Shown here one piece after another: positions 24,700-37,000 of a stretch of DNA of 64,000 nt (position 1 is its first letter; each line of letters opens with the position of its first letter). The stretch is taken from NCBI GenBank assembly GCA_051362555.1, contig CM120643.1, positions 22,324,848-22,388,847 on the forward strand. The letters are read 5' to 3'. The notes below the pieces were generated by a model. The model was given only the letters and a program-made list of their open reading frames with translations, made no database searches and was not told where the DNA came from. The position numbers were made by a program, and so were the translations under genes. Source of the DNA: Lingula anatina (Eukaryota > Animalia > Brachiopoda).

Positions 24700-25085
24700 G
24701 CTCTAAATCTAAGTCTGAAGATGCCAGTGCTCTGCTAATAGTGATCTAACGCTGCTCTTATACTAATACTGCTACTCACTCTCCATAGTCTGAGAGTGCA
24801 CCCCTATTTATACACCTCTGCGGTCACTCTCTGTCCGTCTCCAGTTGGCTATTTTCAGCCATGCACTGTTTGACCCCCCCAGCGGTCATTTCTAGCCACC
24901 TGTAGCTGGTCATTTCTAGCCTTGTACTGTGTGACTGAGGGTGTACATTTCCAGCCACATCCAGCTGATCATCTCCAGCTGCGCAGTTTCTGACTTTCTA
25001 TGTTAAAGTGGCTCTGAGGTAAACAATCAATTACACACAAGTGCTACATGATCATTTTAAGAACACAACACTGCCCCCTACTCAG
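24700..25085 (-). mobile_element. Probable 3' LTR of another LTR family, with PPT
   Basis: Minus strand GAGTAGGGGGCAG|TGTTGTG (PPT then TG at 25070), short cagc.ggtcatttctagcc tandem units, and TATAAAT near 24810. Confidence 0.4.
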
Positions 25086-25501
25086 CTGTGTTTACTCCTG
25101 GAAACACTTCTATGTTTCTACACGATCATTTTAAAACTCTGACTCAACTTACTAAATTACTAAACACAATAAAAATGACTTAAAAATACATAACTAACGA
25201 TTCAGTTCAGTCTTTCAACAGTGTCACCAAGAGTCAAATCTCATTTACATTTCGAACAGAACGTATGATTCTAATTTTCTTTTATTTTTAAGGCAAATAA
25301 AAATGTCAAAGTTCAGTGTTCTAACAATTTCCTCGCTTCCACAGCCAAATATGTCCATTGCACTAACCAGTTCTGGTGTAACGACGCCTTTTGAGTTGGA
25401 TTTTGCTATCGCAGTGATCTGTGCCATCACGTTTTGAATGTCCTTATGCAGAATTTCCGCCAGAGACTTCTGATAGTCATTGATGTCAGCAACAATCGAG
25501 T

Positions 25502-25858
25502 TGTTACGCCTTGCGGCCGAGTGCCTTATAAAGGTACAAATAACAATGTACTTACTGATGTAATTCACTAATTCTAAGAACCAACAGGGAGCCGTAAAAG
25601 CCAAGGAAGACCAAGACGCACTACAAGAAGCCATAAGGTGCCCCCAAAGAGACCGATTTATTTCAAGTCAACCCTTTATATACATGTTCAGATAGTACAC
25701 GTTTACCAATCAGAACCAATTATACAGTGAACAGTTTTACCTTTAAGTTACCAATCACGGGAGAGATTCAAACTTGCACACCGGACTGTACTTTACTTAT
25801 AGAGACATCTACCGGTAGCAATATAAACTAATCTCAACCAACACACTACATCGTCACA
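25502..25858 (-). repeat. Gypsy LTR copy 1 (357 bp), flanked by PPT and about 360 bp of 3' internal sequence up to 26222
   Basis: TGTTAC...GTCACA termini; purine tract immediately 5' of the LTR on the minus strand; highly similar to 26223-26570. Confidence 0.88.
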
Positions 25859-26222
25859 CTCTCCTCCCTTTTGACGAACAAAACTCCCCCCTATCATTAC
25901 AATATAAACCATTAATTTAAATTGTTAAACTAACAATTATTATAATTCAACAACTGAAATTGTCCTTTACATTTAAAATAAGCAAGTAAAGCAAATTCGT
26001 TCATGCTTGTTATAACAAGAGTCAACATTTAACTTTAACACAAGTAAAGTAAATCAAGTACATGTCTCAGCATAAATGTCCATCTTTTGGAAAGCAAAGT
26101 TTTAAATCCATTATCACTTTAAATCAACTTTAAAGTAAACAAAGTGATTTTAACTCAAAGTTGCTCAAAACAATATTATTAATGATAACGATGTCAATGT
26201 GAAATGTCAAATCATTTTATAG

Positions 26223-26570
26223 TGTTACACCTTCGCGGCCGAGTGCCTTATGAAGGTACAAATAACAATGTACTTACTGGTGTCTAAGATTTATTAACTA
26301 GAAGCCCGCAAATAAGAAGAGTCAAGAGTCAAGAGTACCGCCAAGAGCAACAAAGAGCCAAGAGGCTGATTTATTTCAAGTCACACCTTATATACATGTT
26401 CAGATAGTACACGTTTACCAATCAGAACCAATTATACGGTGAACAGTTTTACCTTTAAGTTACCAATCACGGGAGAGATTCAAACTTGCACACCGGACTG
26501 TACTTTACTTATAGAGACATCTACCGTTAGCAATGTAAAGCAATTTTAACTAACGCACTACATCGTCACA
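26223..26570 (-). repeat. Gypsy LTR copy 2 (348 bp; 3' LTR of copy B)
   Basis: TG...CA termini; minus-strand purine tract (A- then G-run ending GAGAG) at 26571-26584. Confidence 0.9.
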
Positions 26571-29500
26571 CTCTCCCCCCTTTTGACGAACAAAACTCCC
26601 CCCTATTATTACAATATAAACCATTATTTTAAATTGTAAAACTAACAATTACTATAATTCAACAACTGAAATCGTACTTTACATTTAAAATAAGCACGTA
26701 AAGCAAATAAGTCATTATTGTTATGCCAAGATTCAACATTTAACTTTAACACAAGCAAAGTCAATTAAATCCATCTCTCAGCATAAATGTCCATCCTTAG
26801 GAATGCAAAACAAAGTTTTAAATCCGTTATCACTTTAAATCAACTTTAAAAGCAAACAAAGTGATTTTAACTCAAAGTTGCTCAAAACAACATTATTAAT
26901 GATAACAATGTCAATGTGAAATGTCAAATCATTATATAGTGCATTTTTCATCCATGTAGCAAAGTAAATTCCATCCGCCGATACCAATGACTACTGAGTT
27001 CACGATCCTCTGATGAAAGTTATTGTAACAGATGATACAAAGTTCTTCAGTGAAACAAAGTCAACAAAGAATTCAGAATCTCAGTCTTAGGCTCCATACC
27101 ATTTCCATAAATGTACATTTTCACAAAATTAATGTCCTCATCGGAACAGTTATCTGGTAATATTGCTAGTCCTTCACTTTGCACATAGTCCATCAGTTCC
27201 CATACATTTCTCATATTTAATGTCAATATCAGAAAATGAATAAATCCATTCACCAACTGGATCCACAGTTTTTCCTCGAATTCACCAGTCCCACACGAAT
27301 GAACATCACCATGACATTTACGTAAAAGCGAATTGTCCTTTTCCATCGATCTGCGATACCAGCACACCAATCATGGAGTCATATATACCACGGCAAATGA
27401 ACAGATTTCACATGACGTCCAAGATGTCTACTCAGGTCAGCACTGGACACCAGACACAAACCACACTGAACTACTTTTCTTTCTTTCTTCTTTCTGCACT
27501 TTGAGTGGGTAGCTTCCTCCCCCTCTTCACCAATTAGGACAGTAGGATCTTCCACCAAATCAGTGTCATCATAATCGGGACAAAATAAGCTTCATCTAGC
27601 ATGTCTGAATTATCCATATCTGACATAAACTTATACAATGGTTTATTTTCTTGAACAAAAATAACATTATAAAGATCTTTTCTTTCAAATGAATATTAGC
27701 ATATTACATTATAAACATATCTCATCCTTGTTGCCATATTACATTACTAACATAGTATTACATTACTAACATAGTATTACAGCATTGCCACATTTACTAT
27801 GTACAAATATTATTTTTATACCAAATCCCCAAGTAAGATACCATCATTAAAATGTGAAATAAGAAAAGAATTGTTACCTTGACAACCTCTAATCCAATAA
27901 CATGCAAAACACATGCTAAACTGCTACATATTAGTTTGAACAGTGTAACCATGTTAGGTAATATTTAACTTTTTTTTTTATAACCATAATCCAAAAAACA
28001 CAAAAGTAGCTATCAACTTATTCATGCAGTGTTCAATGTATCATGCTCAACAATAAAATTCAACCAAATATTTAGAAAACATATGCCAACTTGGACTGTT
28101 GTTTTGATCAAATTACCTGAAATATAATAGGAAGTTCAAACTATAATATACTTTATATATAAATTTTTATTTATTTATTTATTTATTTATTTTTTTAAAT
28201 ACTTGTATAGCTTGTCTCTGAGATAAAAAAATTATCTCTATGCACTCTTCTTTCGACAACTCTTTATTCATTTCTTTTTCATGATCAATGAAATAGTCAT
28301 ATCCTGTTTCTGACAATAAACTTTCTCTCCATATCTTTCCTAGATGGATGACTATTTTAGCGTCTTTTGAGTTTTTTAATGCAATGTTTCTGATGGAATG
28401 TACATATAATGTTTCTGGAGTTTCAATCCAGTCTGTACTCCAGTTAGAATCCTGCTCGCAGCCATTGAAGCTCTTCTTCTAGTATTCTCATAATATTTGA
28501 TTCATCCATGATCTAAATAAAAAAATGCAAATAAATAAATTAAATTCCTTTTATTTCAGCATTGCCGAAAATTAAGGAAGTATTTATATACAACTATACC
28601 TTAACTAATAAACAAAATATACATCAATATAATCATTCTAAAGCAAAATCTCTTAAATGAGATGGCATCTTAATTTGTCTACCAAATCTTGATCTTTTTA
28701 CAATGATTGGTTCCACCAATTGTGGTTCATTCAAATGAAAATCACTCTCTCTTTCAACAAATTTTCTTAATCTGTCATGATGTACCACCTGGATTTTTCC
28801 TTTTTTATCTTTAATTGTATAGAGAGGTGGGGATGCTCTAAGAACATTATATGGTCCTTAATATGGGGGTCTAAGTTTCTTACTTTCTCCCTTTTTATGG
28901 CTTTCATCCCGCAAATATACCTTCTGATCACAAGTATATTCACTCTCTTTCAACTTTGCATCGTACAATTGTTTTTGACGTTTCTGCACACATTTCAATT
29001 TTTCTCTAGCCATTTCATGTGATCTATTTAGACTTTCACTCAAGTTTTTCAACCATTCATGAGTCTCATATGGTATCAAATTTTCATTCACACAACCTGT
29101 AAGTAAGTGCAATGGCATAATAACTTCTCTCCCTAACATCATGTTAGGAGTAAACCCTGTTGATGCATTCACAGTTGAATGTAATGCCATAACTAATTGA
29201 GGTAAATCTCTATCCCAATATCTCACATTCCCTTCTACATTACATCTAATCATCTGTGTAATAATACCCATGCATCTTTCAACTTGTCCATTAGCACTTG
29301 CTCTAAAACCAGTTGTTCTAAGTTGTTTGATTTCTAATAATCTACACAAATTTCTAAATAGACTACTTTGGAAATTTGACCCTTGATCTGTATATATTTC
29401 TTGTGGACAACCAAAAGTAACTATGAATTTTTCAAAAAATGCTTTTGCTACTAATTCAGCTGTCTGATTTGGCAATGCCACACACTCTATCCACTTAGTA

Positions 29501-30600
29501 AACTGATCTATCATCACCAAAATATAAGAATTCCCAAATTCACTTTGTGTAAACGGTCCAAGTATATCTAAATGAACCTTTTCCATAGGAAATCCTGCAT
29601 GATGTAATTTCATTTTGGCTTTTGGTCGAACAGTACTATGCTTGTTTTTATTACAAAGTTCACATGAACTTACATACAATTTGCAATCTCTATTCATTCC
29701 ATGCCACTTGAATGATTGAGTTTTTGCAAAGTTTTCTCATAAGCAAAATGACCAGCTGTTTTTGAATCATGACAGAAAAATAAAACTTCATTGACCAAAT
29801 CTTTTGGTACAATTAAACACAAATTCCTATCTTCTCTCTTTTCCCATTTGTAATATAACACATCATTCAAAAGAATCAATTGTTCTTTGCAATTCCACAA
29901 TTCTTTCCTTGCCATACTACACAAATACAACTCTGACTCTTTAGGTTCACCATTCTCTAACCAACCTATGATTATTTTCAAATCTGCATCTTTTCTCTGC
30001 AATTTTTTCAAGTCATATCCTTTCAACCAGTTGCATAATTCATCTCTTTCATTCTTATCAGTTTTATCATTTGTATCAGCCCTCTGACACATCAACAACT
30101 GAACTGAATTTTTCACAATTTGTTTCATTCATCATATCATCAACTGCATTTGATTCAACTACATTGTCATCTGATTTAATTTTTACTTCCCAGAGGAATT
30201 ACATCATTCACATCAATCTCAAATCTTGACCAATTTTTATGTACACTCTGACAATAATGACATCCTCCACAGGGTAAATCACTCCTTATAAACCTTATCA
30301 ACCTTATAGCAATCACACTCTTTCATAGCTAAAGGTATTCTTGATAATGCATCTGCATTTCCATGCTTCTTTCCTGGTCTATGTTCAATGGTAAAATTAT
30401 ACTGAGATAATTCTTCTAACCATCTTGTTAACTGACCATCTGGGTTTTTAAATCCTAACAACCACACTAAACTATGATGATCTGTTCGGATTCTGAACTT
30501 TCTTCCCAACAAATGATGTCTATATTGTCAACAGAAGTTTACAACAGCCAATTAAGAGCTCTTTTCTAGTTGTACAATAATGACGCTGCATAGGTGACAT
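26223..30600 (-). mobile_element. Gypsy/Ty3 LTR retrotransposon copy B: RNase H, integrase, accessory ORFs, PPT, 3' LTR (gag/PR/RT missing)
   Basis: RH: YCTTRKELL, TDHHSLVWL, RWLEELSQY, HRPGKKHGNADALSR. IN: H...H...C..C, VHLDILGP, TDQGSNF, NGQVER, GPY motif. Confidence 0.93.
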
Positions 30601-30609
30601 AATTTTCAT

Positions 30610-30750
30610 TTCAATGGTAATCCCTGAAAATGTTTTTCCTCGTCTGTTTCCGTGCATAGCTTATTCTTTCTGTTATGGCATCATTCAGAATTGTCTCAGG
30701 TGGAATAGGAAATCCATTTTTCTTACACCAGGCTGTTACATTATCTAGAC
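30610..30750 (-). pseudogene. BEN-domain-like terminal exon
   Basis: After an AG acceptor: DNVTAWCKKNGFPIPPETILNDAITERISYARKQ, resembling the C-terminal helices of BEN domains. Confidence 0.4.
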
Positions 30751-31069
30751 AAAATAGAAAAAGGCAGAAATAAATTAAATAAGAGTAACATTTAAGAAAT
30801 CATGAAAAAATGCTTTGGATTAAAGCATGTAATACTTGTAATGCATTCAGATTTAGATGTCATAACATCTGGGATGATCCAACTGATCTGTGGGGATTTT
30901 TACTAAAGTGCAATCGATGTAATCAGCTAAATTGTCTGACAGGCCTCCTTGAGCAACTAGGGGTAATTACCCCTTACCTGGTCGAGGAGGCTGTCGGAAA
31001 ATTAAGCTGATTAAATTGATTGCACTTTAGCAAGAATCACCCCATGGCTGGATCAACTCAGCTGGTATT

Positions 31070-31925
31070 GTTGTCTGAATCTATTTTATTTTTGCGTGAT
31101 ATGCAGCTGTCCTTGAATTTGATAATAATATGGGTGTTTACTATCAAGGGTGAGACCCTGGTTGGTTGTCTTCAAATAAGGGACAGTAGCATGAGATATA
31201 GGTTTATCACGAGCCACATAGGGACATTTAACCTCAACAGCCACTTCCCCAGTTATACCGCAACTGAGGTGCCTAAATAAGGCCTTTCCAAGTCAACAAT
31301 GATTCAATGTCTTGAGACCTTTTTCCCAGTTTTCTGTTCATAAGCAGCCAACGCTTTATCTTCATTGACAAGTCCATGCCTGATGGCAGAAACATGGGTC
31401 AAGTCCTTGGTCTGCATAAGAGAGGCTGCAAGTTTCTGAGGATTGCTTGTTTTGCAAATTGCACTGAAATTTGATGATTGCTGTCTCTTTTTCTCTCTCA
31501 GCCTTCCAAGCTGAATTTCTTCTCTGTCCTTGAGTCCTCCTCTCAATATCAACTTGAGCATCTGGTGAAATGACTGTGATGTTTTTTGATTGAAGGAAGT
31601 TTTCTGAACCCATATTCTGCAAGTAATCATGGTCCAAGTCTACTGCAATAGGATTTGCAGGTGCATACAGCTGCATTAGAGGGATTTTGGACTTGGATTT
31701 AATGCACCATAATTTACAGTCAGGTTCCTCACCTTACTATTGTACTCCTCATCAGTCTCCTCATCAAGTCCATTCAGTGGGTCAAATATTACGTTGCTGA
31801 TATCTGCAACCAAGTCTATAGATCTTCAGCCTTTACTGGAGCACCAGTATACACCTTCCTGGGCCTGTGGAACGTCTGCAGTCTCTCCGTGCATACAGGC
31901 TCAATTAAAAGTTCTTTCCTCTTGG
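31070..31925 (-). mobile_element. YqaJ-like exonuclease fragment (related to the 23788-24570 family)
   Basis: LYAPANPIAVDLDHDY (cf. LFPPANLRAVYLDHDY), IERRTQGQRRNSAWKAER, IRHGLVNE, EVKCPY, YYQIQGQL; frameshifted. Confidence 0.8.
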
Positions 31926-31980
31926 TGAAATCTTGTAAGGCATAAAAAGTGTCTGACAGGGCCAACTAGCCCCGGTTTCC

Positions 31981-32052
31981 TTTACTTTACTTATAGAGAC
32001 ATCCAGCTGTAGAAATATAAAACAATCTCAACTAACACACTACATTGTCACA
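31981..32052 (-). repeat. 5' end remnant of the Gypsy LTR (possibly the 5' LTR of copy B)
   Basis: actttacttatagagacatc...cacactacattgtcaca matches the LTR end; no PPT adjacent. Confidence 0.7.
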
Positions 32053-32320
32053 GTTCCTGTTTTTGTAGCTGGAGTATGTAACCTTTTGAGCCAAAGGTTT
32101 CCCAGGTTTTTTTATTGGAACTTCATCCCATCAATAATTACTCTTGTCTGGGGAAACTTCTTCTTGAAGTCTTTAGGCATGTAATATGACACTAACTCAC
32201 AACTTGGCCAAGAAGCAATACGTGACCACTGTCTATACATTATCCAAGTGACAAATGTGCAACTAACTACATACTCTGAATATCCAAATAAAGTGCAAGT
32301 TCAAAATTGGGCGAATGTTT
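32053..32320 (-). mobile_element. Second ISL2EU/Harbinger DDE transposase fragment
   Basis: FVTWI...WPSCELVSYYMPKDFKKKFPQTRVIIDGDEVPIKKP...QKVTYSSYKNRN. Confidence 0.85.
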
Positions 32321-32640
32321 GATCAAAGTTATCAAAAACTTATTTTCAATACTGAGACTTGGTCATTTGCCCCAATACTGGTGTTTTGTGTTTTGGATGA
32401 CATTTTTCAAACAAACATGCAGCCAGTAAAGGGTTTACTGCAGACTACTGTTATGAAGAGCCTGTTCATGACCTGTTCCCCCCCCCCCCCCCCCCTCCTC
32501 CCCCACGTGCTTCCTTTTATCATTTTCTTATTACTTTCTTTTTTTTTTTCCAGCTGCTGAAATGTTTTTGTCTGGTAGACAACATGCAACATATTTGTTA
32601 TACAAATTTCTTATCACTGTTATGATAACTGAATTTGAGT

Positions 32641-32807
32641 CAACCTGTACTCATCAGCCATAGCAGCAGCTTGGCTGCAGCTTTGACATTGTGTTCACAA
32701 CACACTCAGCACAATCACTAAATAGCACAACTACCACACTGTCTCTTGCTCATGATCAGCAGCTTTTTAGCTGCTATGCTGCTGCTATGGCTGATGAGTA
32801 CAGGTTG
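32641..32807. mobile_element. MITE with 30-bp perfect terminal inverted repeats
   Basis: CAACCTGTACTCATCAGCCATAGCAGCAGC at 32641-32670 and its exact reverse complement at 32778-32807. Confidence 0.75.
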
Positions 32808-34066
32808 TTTTTCATATATAATTGGTATGTTTCAACGTCTTCAGAATGTTCTGTAAATTTTCAGCCTATCTCGGTGAATTACATGTACTTTTGATGAACC
32901 TTATTCATGTTTTCCTTCTGTGATCTCCCTTTTTCATTTAATTGCTAGTATATTTCTTGAAAGTAAAGCGAGTTAAGGTGTTGAAGTTTTTAAGATAATA
33001 CCTCTTTACAAAGGGAATGTAAACTGATAACTCTATGGCAACCATATATTTTATAATTTAGTTATTGTAACATGTCCATTGACGGTTCTGTTTAAGATCT
33101 CTTCTAAGATTCAATACATTCTGATATTGCAGAGTTGGGGTCATATGATTGAATTCTATGTATTTATATTAATTACATAAATTACCTTTGCAGTGTGTAT
33201 TAAAATAATATGTGTGTGCTTAGGCAGATGTCTCATGTAAACAGTATAGATCTCCAATTTCTTGTACAAGATCATTATTGTACATAAATCCGTTTTCATT
33301 ACTTGTATGGTGTTAATATTAAATATGTCAGTTGTGTGATGTTTTATCATAAATTAATAGGAACAAATTGAGATTTTAAGAAGTCTTAAATAAATGATTA
33401 ACAGTGTACTGTTTTTGTTTTTTTTTCTGAATAAAAGATTATTTTTGTATAAAATCTTACTTTCATGTCTTTTCCTTTTAAAACTTTGAAGAAAGTGATT
33501 GTAAATATCAGTGATCTTGATAACAATGTAGGCACAGTTTTGTTTAATTTTGTTTATTGAGGAGATGGATCCCACATACTCGTGTTTTCCTGCATATTAT
33601 CATCTAGTCCTTTCACAAATAATCTCAAGATACAAGAAAAAAACTCTTGAGAAGAGTCATAGATGTTTTATTATGATCACTATAATAAGAAACATGGTGC
33701 ATTACATCAAGTCCAAATGGCATGAGAGGTAATAGCATTGAGCATATTTTTCAAATCATATTATATGTCCCCACATCTACACTACACCAAAACTTCTAAA
33801 CAAAGACATTTTGGGCAACTATGGAAGCTACATAAATAAAAAGCAACATAAATAGATTGTTTATCGACCAAAGTTTCATCCATACGAAATTTTCCTTGCC
33901 CCAGATAAAAGTTTTTAAAATAAAAAAACTTTCAGAAAATATTTTCTGTAAATGATCTTTATCTGGTGAAACCCTGAGGTTGTGACATCTTTAAATGAAT
34001 GAACTATGATGACTTGTTAAGCGCTACTATTTTAAATGCTGATGATGATAATTACAGTAACCATCA

Positions 34067-37000
34067 TCAGAGAGTGAAGTCTGCAAATCCACACACCAAA
34101 ATCTTCTCATCTATGTCAACCAACCATGCTTTGGCTGTATACCTTCCCTGAAAATAAAAATAAATGTTTCCTTAGTACATCATGAAGGTAGAAATAATAC
34201 AAATGCAATCTTAAGAATATGCTGCAGTTGCGAATACTTAATTGGCTTGAAAAGTAGTGGGAAATGTCACAAAATTGCTCTTTAGTTAAATATCTTTGTG
34301 CCCACTTTAGCAAATTGCCATTATAGATATAGTGAATACACTATTTTGAATTAAAGGCAAGATATATAACTCAATGGTCAACTACCTGCTGGTGTCTTAG
34401 ATTATTGTTCAAATACAGGCTGAAGTTTATAAAATTTAGTTAAAAACTGTGAAGGATGGGGCACAATATTAAAACACATTGCTGAAATGAAAACCATAAC
34501 AATAAAACAAATCCAAGTTTATCAGTCAAAATTATCTATATGCATTTGAATCAACCTTGTTACCTTTGGCAAATAATTTGGAATCTTCATTTCTTTTTTC
34601 CATGTTCTTGGTCCCTTCTTAATTGGACAAAAAACAATTCTATCCTCTTCTTCATCTTCATCTATTGTGCATAATTCCCAGTGATTTTTGTACAGTTCCT
34701 TCCCATTGTAGGAGACCTCTATCTTCACCTCGCTGCCTTCATCTATGTCATTTTCTTAAAGAAATAATGTATATTTATATATAATACTGAAGTGCCTGTT
34801 CATAAAAGCATAATGCACATTAGGCCTTTTCCAGGAAATTTCAATGCCTCCTTTAATCAACAAGGTGTATTCAATCAGGAAAACTACAATTTCTATATAT
34901 TGTACCTTAGTGACTAAGGAAAAATGCTGAAATTTCCAGGAATTTTTTACTATTACATAATGTTCCACTGAAGTAGCCCTTTAGATAAAAATTAACTTCA
35001 TGTTCAAGTTAGAAAAATGATGTACTGAATGATTACAGTCAAACAACTGAATCCAACTAACTGAATAATACAGCTTTGAAATCCTATGAGGCTTTGGTCA
35101 GTATGGTGATTGTTGATAATATTTGACTATTATCTGTTTTTAATTCAGTTTTACCATATAATTTGTATATTTATTTATTCTTTTTCAAACAATTTACAAA
35201 ACAAAATAGTAAAATGTCATCCTCTCATCCTGTTTAACATAAAATTTTATACCAAAATTTAAACTCTGCTTTAAGAATAAAATTTAGTCAAATTTAGCAC
35301 AGGATATATTAACAGAAGTAACAGACAGTCCAAGCATTTCCTACTTTTTATGAAGTAGGCCCAGTGTCCCTTTTAAAATGGACAACTTGCAATTTGAATT
35401 TATCCATGGGTCAAAGTAAACTACAAAATCAAAGTACAGGACTATTTTTGCCAAGTTCAAGCTGAGACCAACTTTTGAATTGAGTCCCACAGACAATGAG
35501 CAGAGATGCCACCACGTGTGTGAGTCACGGGCTCGTGACCTGCCAAGCTTTGTATTTTATGTAAACGGTGTGATGATATCTGGCTTACTACAGGTCACAT
35601 GTGCACCAGTAATAATAACACAGGGTCTCTGAGGGCACCGCTTGGCCAGCTTGAATCTTCTGAGCCCCTTAAACAGCCATAATGAAGGATTCCTTTCGGA
35701 CACTGGCACGTTTTTAACCTTTTGTACTCCTATCATAACAACTGGGAGTTTTCTCAATACTGACTTTCGGGTCTTTTTGGATAGCAATGATGAGTCAGGG
35801 GCATCAGAGTTAAAGGTGGATTGATGTGATAACTGTTTTAGGTTATATTGATAACAGTAAATATAATGTTATAATTTACTGAAATTAGAATGCAAAATCC
35901 TATAAGTTATCAATAAGCTTCTAAAGAACTGATTCAAATGCACACTAAAATATAATGCAAAATTAATATTTTCCTCTGAGGCTAAACACCTCACAGACTT
36001 GTATAAATACAGACAAATCTATCACAATCATCTACACAAATACTTACAGAGGGCAAAAACACAGACAGTACATGCTTACAAACATACTCAAATGCTCATG
36101 CAGATACAGATACAAATTTTATGCCAGTCAGCTCGTGGTTGAACTGAGATGTGCAGGCCCGTAGCCAGCAATTCCAAATGGGGGGTTCGTTTTCTGAAAA
36201 AGTGGACCTTTTACCATAGAGCCTTCATGTACCTAGATCAAATTTTATCCAGAGTAGACTTTTTCCCCAGCAAAAAGGGCGGTACTTTCGCACCCTCCGA
36301 ACCCCCCCTGGCTACGGGCCTGATGTGTATTATCTCACGCACATACATGCATCACACAGGTATAATGTATAGTACAATGTGTACAGCATTACTTAGTAAT
36401 TAACTTGACCTTTACAAATACCTCTTCTGTTGTCTTTAAAATTACAACACATACAGCAGACTCCACATATATCCACACCTGCTTACTCACATTATTATTC
36501 TCGGTCAATAAATCTTGCGAAACAGGTTTTTCTTCTGTATTAGCTACAATGCCTAGCTTGAAATTTTGCACATCTAAAAAAGTCTTCCAGTCGCAAATTT
36601 GTTCAAGTTATGCAAAATCTACTATTTGCAGCTTTTGTATAATGAAAATGAATGCCTTACCTATAGTGTGGTTTAAGAATGACACTGATGTGACCCCTCC
36701 CTTCTCATGATCTGGGAGCAGGATAACCTTTCCAAGTGTTACTCTGTCCTTGCTATCTGAAATGATAACAAATGTCACATATATTGTCACACTCATTTTA
36801 TACAATTTTAATCCAACAAAATCTATAAATACACTGATTCACTAAACTATTCAAATTAATTGAACTCAGATTTTCAGAAACATTGCACTGTATGAAATAT
36901 TCAACAAACCTCGTAGTTTGCCAAAAAGCCTAATAATTTGGCCAAGCAATAAAGTGTATGAAAACAAAAATACATTTGTTTGAATTAAATGAACTAGTTT

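Noticed and set aside
25245-25634. 129-aa ORF as a single gene
   Set aside because: Its first third reads through the Gypsy LTR (25502 onward), so it is chimeric.
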